A stretch of 64,000 bases of DNA from Phaeosaccion multiseriatum (taxonomy: Eukaryota; Protista; Ochrophyta, other classes). Both the position numbers and the translations under genes were made by a program. The notes under the pieces were generated by a model. The model ran no database searches. It was not told the origin of the DNA and saw only the letters and a program-made list of their open reading frames with translations. Shown here one piece after another: positions 56,077 to 64,000 of the stretch (positions are counted from its first letter, which is position 1; each line of letters begins with the position of its first letter). The stretch covers positions 124,001 through 188,000 of the forward strand of contig CBCOSG010000001.1 in NCBI GenBank assembly GCA_965112735.1. Direction: 5' to 3'.

Positions 56077-57531
56077 CTATGCAGAAAACCAGTAAGTGGT
56101 CAACTTATAGGTAGCTAGCAAGCCTAAATTTGGCCGGAGGAAGAAAAAGACCAAAAGACTAAGACTGAGACTGAACACCCAAGCCTCCGCCTGATTTACA
56201 TCTAAACAGCAAGATCGACTCTTTACTGCAAAACGGTTTTGGGTATCCAGAACCAAAAGTTTAATCATTCGTAAGTAGTAAAAGGCACTGGCAAGAGAAA
56301 CAAAAACCAAACAAAGTGCGAAAATTACCATTTGTTGGTCGACTACTGCCTTTAGAACTAAAAATTTGGCAAAAAATCCTGCAAAAGGTGGAATGCCTGC
56401 TAAAGAAAACCATACTAGACTCAATCCTAAACCGAACAAGGGTTTTCCGAGACTAAGATCTACCATAGAAGATAGATCAAGTTGACGGTTTTCTTTTCGA
56501 CTTCCCCACAGCATAAGACCTCCCCACATTAAAAGACTGCTTAGGATGTAAACTCCTAAATAAAATAGGCAGACGTAAGCGTTCTGTAATTCTAAACCTC
56601 CAAGAATACCTAAAAAAAGATAACCCCCATGCCCAATGCCACTAAATACTAGCAAGCGTTTTAGGGACTTTTGCTTGTATCCACCAAAACCGCCAATGAT
56701 GACGGACATTAAGGCGACCCAAGTTAAGAGAATGCCCCATTCGAAGCTCATAGAATAAAAACTGGCGTAAAGTAGCTTAATAAGAAAAAGAAGAACTCCA
56801 AATTTTGGGACCGTAACGAAAAAAAGACTTACGCTTGCCGGACTTCCTTCATATACGTCCAAAGCCCACATATGAAAAGGAGCTACTCCTAATTTGAACA
56901 GGAGACCAAACAATACAAAATATAACCCCATTTGGCTAAAATTGGAAGCCCCAGCACTCAGACTCTGACCCAAATCTGCAAAGCACAAACTGCCAGCGGA
57001 TCCATATAAGATACAGATTCCTAGAGCCAATAATCCAGAAGCAATTCCTCCCAAGATAAAATATTTTAAACCCGCTTCTGTGGAAAACACAGATTTTCGT
57101 CGAAAGCTTGCTAAAGCGTATAAACTCAAGCTCTGTAACTCAATTCCCAAGTAGAAGCTCAGGAAGTTTTCGGAAACAAGGATTAGGCACAGACCTAAGC
57201 AAGCAAGCAAACACAATAAATTGTATTCAAAAGCATGTATTTGACGTGCGTGTAGGTAAGTAGGAGCTAAAATGAAACATAGTGCACAGCAAAGAATTAA
57301 ACCCATTTTAAGTAGGGATAAAGACTCTAAATCTACACTCGGACATAAGCTGTCTCCATGATTAAAACTAAGTTTTGCAGCCCAAGCCAAAACCAGTATA
57401 CTTAAGTGTCGAAATTCCCACACCAGAGTATGAGAGGAACAAAGACCACCACTAATTAATTGGTGACACCCGTAAATACTTAGGTACAGGACACAATTAG
57501 CCAAATAAATCTCAGTTATCCAAAAATGCAT
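56077..57531 (-). CDS. nad2: NADH dehydrogenase subunit 2 (intact, 484 aa)
   Basis: FKLGVAPFHMWALDVYEGSP. Confidence 0.97.
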   Translation of the reverse strand: MHFWITEIYLANCVLYLSIYGCHQLISGGLCSSHTLVWEFRHLSILVLAWAAKLSFNHGDSLCPSVDLESLSLLKMGLILCCALCFILAPTYLHARQIHAFEYNLLCLLACLGLCLILVSENFLSFYLGIELQSLSLYALASFRRKSVFSTEAGLKYFILGGIASGLLALGICILYGSAGSLCFADLGQSLSAGASNFSQMGLYFVLFGLLFKLGVAPFHMWALDVYEGSPASVSLFFVTVPKFGVLLFLIKLLYASFYSMSFEWGILLTWVALMSVIIGGFGGYKQKSLKRLLVFSGIGHGGYLFLGILGGLELQNAYVCLFYLGVYILSSLLMWGGLMLWGSRKENRQLDLSSMVDLSLGKPLFGLGLSLVWFSLAGIPPFAGFFAKFLVLKAVVDQQMVIFALCLVFVSLASAFYYLRMIKLLVLDTQNRFAVKSRSCCLDVNQAEAWVFSLSLSLLVFFFLRPNLGLLATYKLTTYWFSA

Positions 57532-57572
57532 AGAGTTTTTCTACCTGTTTTATCTACTGAAGAACTTCTTAA

Positions 57573-59111
<1,539 letters not shown>

Positions 59112-59163
59112 ATTTTTGGTCTAGGTCGTGCTAATAAAAAATGAATTTTTTAATATCCGGGAC

Positions 59164-59958
59164 TCAGGAACCCCACCAGTATACACAGACAAATAGAAAT
59201 AACCACACTACATCTACAAAATGCCAATACCAACTGGCAGCTTCAAAACCTAAGTGATGCTGGCGGCTAAAATGCCCCATGGCAAAGCGGAACAGGCAGA
59301 TTGTAAGAAAAATACTCCCTATAATAACATGGAATCCATGGAAGCCTGTGCTTAAATAAAATACAGATCCAAAAATTCCATCGGACATAGCAAAGCCTAA
59401 ATTCATATACTCAAAGGCTTGCAAGGCCGTAAAGATTACAGCCAATCCGATACATGTACTTAATCCCCATAAGGCTGATCTTTGGCCTCCAAGAAGAAGA
59501 CTATGGTGAGACCAAGTTAAAAAAAAACCAGAGGTTAAAAGAATAGCTGTGTTTAGCAAGGGTACCCCCCAAGGATTTATAACTTCTACACCTACAGGAG
59601 GCCAAACCCCGCCGATCTCCACTACTGGAGATAAACTCGAATGAAAGAAAGCCCAAAAAAAGGCTACGAAAAACATAAGCTCAGAAACAATAAAGAGTAC
59701 AACACCCATTCGCAGATTTGCTTGAACTGCGGTGGTATGTCGGCCTTCTAAGCTTCCTTCCCGAACTACGTCTCCCCACCAAGCAAACACACAAAGAAGA
59801 AGGCTAAGAACTCCCACTTCAATTAAAAACCATCCACTTTCATACTGGTGCATGTACATTACCAGCCCAAAAGTCAAATTTAGGCTTCCAAAGGCTGTGG
59901 TTAGCGGCCAGGGACTCGGGTCAACTAAATGGAAAGGATGTCGATGATTTTGTATCAT
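59164..59958 (-). CDS. cox3: Cytochrome c oxidase subunit 3 (TGA stop)
   Basis: HPFHLVDPSPWP, TGFHGFHV, WYWHFVDVVW. Confidence 0.99.
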   Translation of the reverse strand: MIQNHRHPFHLVDPSPWPLTTAFGSLNLTFGLVMYMHQYESGWFLIEVGVLSLLLCVFAWWGDVVREGSLEGRHTTAVQANLRMGVVLFIVSELMFFVAFFWAFFHSSLSPVVEIGGVWPPVGVEVINPWGVPLLNTAILLTSGFFLTWSHHSLLLGGQRSALWGLSTCIGLAVIFTALQAFEYMNLGFAMSDGIFGSVFYLSTGFHGFHVIIGSIFLTICLFRFAMGHFSRQHHLGFEAASWYWHFVDVVWLFLFVCVYWWGS

Positions 59959-60083
59959 AGATTAAAAAACAGGTAAAAAAGTTTACATAGAATAAAATAA
60001 GTTTTAAACTTATAAAAAAATTGTATACAATTTTCAATACAAACTTATTAGGTTTTTGGCTATTTTCTTCGAAAGTTTTAGGT

Positions 60084-60479
60084 CTAAAGATCACGTCGAC
60101 GCCTCTTACGGCGAATTTGCTTTTTAGTTCGGCAACCATTATGAGGATAATTAGTTTTTTCCCAGCCCACCTCAAAGGTTTTAGTCTTTTTTCCTTTTCG
60201 CAAAAGTTGTAACACTTTCTTACGACTTTTATTAAAACCCTCTACATGAAGACGTAGTTTACAAACCTTTCTTTGTTGTAAGATTTGTAAAAAATGTTTG
60301 GTATGTATTTCACTGGCATATGAAGTCCTTCGGGTAGCTTTGGTAAAGCCTACACATCCATTGGAGGTGGAACAAACAAGAGATTTTGATTTGTTATAAA
60401 AGGTGAATAGAGTATTACGACGACCTAAGCTGAGGTGAAGGATACCTGCTTCAGTAAAGATTTTTGTAGGAGTTTGCAT
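60084..60479 (-). CDS. rps11: Ribosomal protein S11 (ATG 60479; upstream TTG 60491 possible)
   Basis: RNTLFT, SNGCVGF, PHNGCR. Confidence 0.9.
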   Translation of the reverse strand: MQTPTKIFTEAGILHLSLGRRNTLFTFYNKSKSLVCSTSNGCVGFTKATRRTSYASEIHTKHFLQILQQRKVCKLRLHVEGFNKSRKKVLQLLRKGKKTKTFEVGWEKTNYPHNGCRTKKQIRRKRRRRDL

Positions 60480-60487
60480 CAAAAGGC

Positions 60488-60844
60488 TCAAGTCTTCGAT
60501 TTATGACTTTTTGCTGTTCTAGCGTTGGCGTGAGTTCTTTGACCTCGTGTTGGCAGAGACTGCCCGTGACGTATTCCTCTATAGCAACGAATTTCTTTTA
60601 AACTTGTAAGTTTCTCAAATCTTTGCTGACGTAAAAAACTATTAGTTTTCCAAAATACAATCTTCATCATATGTTGAAGTTTGGTTTGATGTAGCGGACT
60701 AAGAAAAGTGCAAAAGGTAGTAGGCTTCATACCTAAATATTTACCTATTAAGTCCGCTCTAAATTTTCCCAAACCGTAAACCTGAGTGAGAGCCTGGCGA
60801 AAATTGAGAGAAGGTTCGGCGTAGATTCCCCATAGGTAAAGCAT
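60488..60844 (-). CDS. rps13: Ribosomal protein S13
   Basis: ALTQVYGLG, CYRGIRH, LPTRGQRTHANART. Confidence 0.95.
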   Translation of the reverse strand: MLYLWGIYAEPSLNFRQALTQVYGLGKFRADLIGKYLGMKPTTFCTFLSPLHQTKLQHMMKIVFWKTNSFLRQQRFEKLTSLKEIRCYRGIRHGQSLPTRGQRTHANARTAKSHKSKT

Positions 60845-60892
60845 AAAGAATTAATTTTTACTATTTTGACTTTGTCTTTGTATAAAAGTTCT

Positions 60893-61276
60893 ATGTATTC
60901 TACCAAATTTCTTAAACCCCACAAGCCTAAACTTCCTTCTCTTTCTATCTTTCGAGGGCAAAAAGGAAGATTTGCACTACAATCTTTAAGCACGGGAACA
61001 ATTAGTACCAGACAGATGGAAGCTTGCAGACAAAATATAAATCGGCGCTTGAGACGTAAAGGGCAAATTGTGATTCATGGTTTCGCCGATCGTGGGCGAA
61101 GCCAAAAACCTTGTGAAGTTCGTATGGGTAAGGGTAAAGGAAAAATAGATCATTATGAAATGATGGTGTCTCCCGGAAAACTTATCCTTGAAATTGTGGG
61201 AATTTCTGAAAATTTAAGCCGGTATGCTCTTCAAGGAGGAGCTACTAAGCTTGGGGTTGCCACCAAAATTGTTTAA
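60893..61276 (+). CDS. rpl16: Ribosomal protein L16 (ATG 60893; TTG 60866 possible)
   Basis: QMEACR, KPCEVRMGKGKG. Confidence 0.94.
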   Translation: MYSTKFLKPHKPKLPSLSIFRGQKGRFALQSLSTGTISTRQMEACRQNINRRLRRKGQIVIHGFADRGRSQKPCEVRMGKGKGKIDHYEMMVSPGKLILEIVGISENLSRYALQGGATKLGVATKIV

Positions 61277-61279
61277 TCC

Positions 61280-61768
61280 ATGAAAAAACATTCTACCTAT
61301 TTTGATTTCTCTCAGATGAAAGAAAACCATCAGTGCGGCCAATCTTTGATTTTTTATCCTCTTCCTAGTAAAAATTTGGATCTTGGATGGGTAAACAAAG
61401 TTTTGTTCGGTGCGAAATTCTTAGGACGTGGAAAATTTTGGGTGTACACTTTTCTTTCTAATCCATTATTTTATTTTGGACATACTTCTTGTGTCAGTCT
61501 ATCTGAAATTTGTAAGGATAGCCGCCAAAATACAAATTTTTTTGGGTATAGATCAAAAGTAAAAAGTGAAAAAGATTTCTCTTGGGACTATTATATTTAC
61601 CAAGGACGACTTCTTTATTTTTGTACTATGAAAAAAAAGAAAAAATATTATTTTCAGCCTGATTTAGAAGTGAGATTATGCTCCTCTATTTTTCGAAAAG
61701 AAAAACTTTGGAGGTATGGAGCCATCAATACAAATTTACATGTTTTAGGTGTAAAAAAGGAAGTCTAA
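61280..61768 (+). CDS. orf162, unassigned basic protein (possibly a very divergent ribosomal protein)
   Basis: ATG 3 nt after the rpl16 stop; no firm motif. Confidence 0.55.
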   Translation: MKKHSTYFDFSQMKENHQCGQSLIFYPLPSKNLDLGWVNKVLFGAKFLGRGKFWVYTFLSNPLFYFGHTSCVSLSEICKDSRQNTNFFGYRSKVKSEKDFSWDYYIYQGRLLYFCTMKKKKKYYFQPDLEVRLCSSIFRKEKLWRYGAINTNLHVLGVKKEV

Positions 61769-62007
61769 GACCAAGCTTAGTATGTTTACCAAAGTCAAAG
61801 TTCGGGGAATTCACAACAATTATCGATTTTTGCCTGGTAATTCGAGGTTCAAAGTTGTATTGGGTTTAAAACAATTTTCGAAGCTATAAATAGTACTAAA
61901 ACTTAAATAGGGTTAGTACGGAAGAAACTTAGGTCTTTTTAACTTTATATGCAGTAACGAAAGTCGACTTTTCAAAGTTTTTTATTGATATAGTTTACTA
62001 TTTTAAT

Positions 62008-62484
62008 ATGAAAAAAGAATCGATGGAATTAGTTCTTCGTATCCACAAAATATTGCAACAACAAAATTCCTTCGCTTTTTATCAACCTTGGGTAGGGGTA
62101 CAAAGACATTGTTTAGTCGAACTAAAAAATCGGGGCTTAGAGTATTATCGCACTAAGGACGAGTTAGATCTGAAAATTCCTGGACTGAATCTAGTTATCT
62201 ATGGAAAAAAGGAGCAAAGTTTCGAAGTGTTTTTAACCAAACTTCAAAGCCTTTCAACTGCGAAGGGCTTTGTCCTTCTCGGAATTCACCAAAAAGGAAA
62301 TATTTACTCCCCTCATATACTGAAATACCTTCCGGTAGAAAAGAGGATTTTTTTCAAAGACTTACAAAAGCTTAATTTAATAATAGGACGAAATTTTCGG
62401 CTTTTTGAAGTGAAACCTTTTTTTTATTTTTCTCATTCGTGGAGATCTTCAATCAATCTTTTTTTATTGAGTAAAGCTTGTTAG
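62008..62484 (+). CDS. rpl10: Probable divergent ribosomal protein L10
   Basis: L10-like pattern: KIL....FAFYQ, ELKNRGL..RTK, IPGLNLVIY, VLLGI..GNIYS...KYLP. Confidence 0.6.
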   Translation: MKKESMELVLRIHKILQQQNSFAFYQPWVGVQRHCLVELKNRGLEYYRTKDELDLKIPGLNLVIYGKKEQSFEVFLTKLQSLSTAKGFVLLGIHQKGNIYSPHILKYLPVEKRIFFKDLQKLNLIIGRNFRLFEVKPFFYFSHSWRSSINLFLLSKAC

Positions 62485-62552
62485 GCTCACGACTCGATCA
62501 AATAAGCTTTTGCGCCTGAAATTAAAACTTTAACAAATTTTAGCTGTTCAAA

Positions 62553-62855
62553 CTAACCCCGTAGAAGATAAGCTTTTCGAATGCTAATGTGGCCCCGAAC
62601 ACGGTAATAGGCCACGAGAATTCCTAGACCAAGGGCTGATTCCCCTGTGGAAACCGCAATGATAAAAAGAGAGAAAACTTGACCTAGGCTATCATCAAGA
62701 CTGGCGGAGAATAAAATAAAATTAAGATTTACACAAAGTAAAATCATCTCAATACACATAAGAAGAATAAGAATGTTAGTGCGATTCACTAAAATTCCCA
62801 AAAGACCCAAACTAAAGAGTAAAGTACTTAAAACAAATACGGGGGAAATCCACAC
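62553..62855 (-). CDS. nad4L: NADH dehydrogenase subunit 4L (GTG start)
   Basis: [24 protein letters not shown]. Confidence 0.95.
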   Translation of the reverse strand: MWISPVFVLSTLLFSLGLLGILVNRTNILILLMCIEMILLCVNLNFILFSASLDDSLGQVFSLFIIAVSTGESALGLGILVAYYRVRGHISIRKAYLLRG

Positions 62856-62907
62856 GTTAACTAATAAAATACAAAAGTCTTATAAAAAACTCGATTTCCA
62901 AAAAAGT

Positions 62908-64000
62908 ATGAATTTAAAAAAAAGTGAGCTAGGACGTAAAGTAATGAACTTTAGCATTAATTTTGGGCCCCAGCACCCGGCTGCCCACGGAGTACTTCGT
63001 TTAGTTTTAGAGCTGAAAGGAGAAAGCCTTCAGCACGCTGATCCTCATATTGGGCTCCTTCACCGAGGCACAGAAAAGCTTATTGAGTATAAAACTTATC
63101 TGCAAGCTTTGCCTTATTTGGATCGTCTGGATTATGTTTCGATGATGTGCCAAGAGCATACCTATTCTTTAGCCGTAGAAAACTTATTTCATACGCAGGT
63201 TCCTTCTAGGGCTCAGTATATCCGAGTTCTATTTGGAGAAATTACCCGTATTCTTAATCATCTTTTGGCCGTAGGCTGTCACGCAATGGATGTAGGGGCA
63301 ATGACCCCTTTTCTTTGGGGATTCGAAGAACGAGAAAAACTTATGGAATTTTATGATCGGGTTTGCGGAGCCCGTATGCATGCAGCTTACGTTCGGCCCG
63401 GAGGCGTAAGCCAAGACCTACCTCAAGGACTTTTAGATGACATCTATGTTTTTGCTCAGCAGTTCAGTCTTCGTATCGATGAGATGGAGGAAATGTTGAC
63501 CACGAACCGGATTTGGAAACAACGTTTAGTGAACGTAGGACGAATCTCCGCTCAAGAAGCGGAAACTTGGGGATACTCGGGAGTTATGCTTCGAGGATGT
63601 GGGGTCGATTGGGATTTACGTAAGACTCAACCTTATGAGGTTTACAATGACTTAAGTTTTGAAGTTCCGCTAGGAAAAACGGTGACTGTTATGACCGGTA
63701 CCTTTTACGTATGGAAGAAATGCGTCAGAGCTTAAGTCTTATTTATCAGTGCTTAAATAGATTGCCTGCTGGACCGGTAAAGACCCAAGATGGAAAAATG
63801 AATCTTCCTAGCCGTGCTGATTTAAAGCATTCTATGGAGGCGGTTATTCACCATTTTAAACTATGTACAGAGGGTTTTGAAGTGCCTTTAGGTCAAACTT
63901 ATACGGCTACTGAAGCCCCTAAAGGCGAATTTGGTGTCTATTTGATTTCAGATGGAAGTAGTAAGCCTTACCGCTGCAAAATCAAGGCACCAGGGTTTGC
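62908..64000 (+). CDS. nad7: NADH dehydrogenase subunit 7, truncated by window end; apparent 1-nt deletion in A-run near 63675
   Basis: [22 protein letters not shown]; GDCYDRY and EAPKGEFG continue in the shifted frame. Confidence 0.97.

Noticed and set aside
63670-63735. Premature end of nad7 as a split gene
   Set aside because: One missing A in GGAAAAAC restores [10 protein letters not shown]; same error type as elsewhere, although there is no mirror copy to confirm

Overview
Organellar DNA: an intron-free mitochondrial genome of a stramenopile-like protist, probably an ochrophyte. This assignment is inferred from nad7 and nad9, an N-terminal-only nad11, many rps/rpl genes including rpl10, no trnT seen, and the standard code (TGA stops cox3 and rps13, trnW has anticodon CCA, TTA is read as Leu). 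The window is dominated by one giant inverted repeat: 1..28807 is the reverse complement of 28843..57747, joined by a 35-nt apex just downstream of rpl6. Unique content is therefore only about 35 kb (28843..64000). The arms differ almost only by indels that break essential genes in one arm but not the other, which looks like sequencing noise. The palindrome is either a long-read fold-back artefact or a read through a covalently closed hairpin end of a linear mtDNA; sequence alone cannot decide. Beyond the standard genes the genome carries: (i) two families of paralogous, unassigned multi-pass membrane ORFs (orf190/orf176 and orf280/orf285), one of which shares the nad11 leader and start codons; (ii) an Fe-S-only Nad11 fused to a 96-aa hydrophobic tail, and a Nad4 with a long hydrophobic N-terminal extension; (iii) clear scars of duplication with reciprocal loss (rps8-trnfM-rps10 x3, trnC/nad9, trnR); (iv) two paralogous three-hairpin non-coding elements that are candidate permuted 5S rRNAs; (v) rRNAs altered at normally invariant positions. 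No database searches or folding programs were run; assignments rest on motif recognition.
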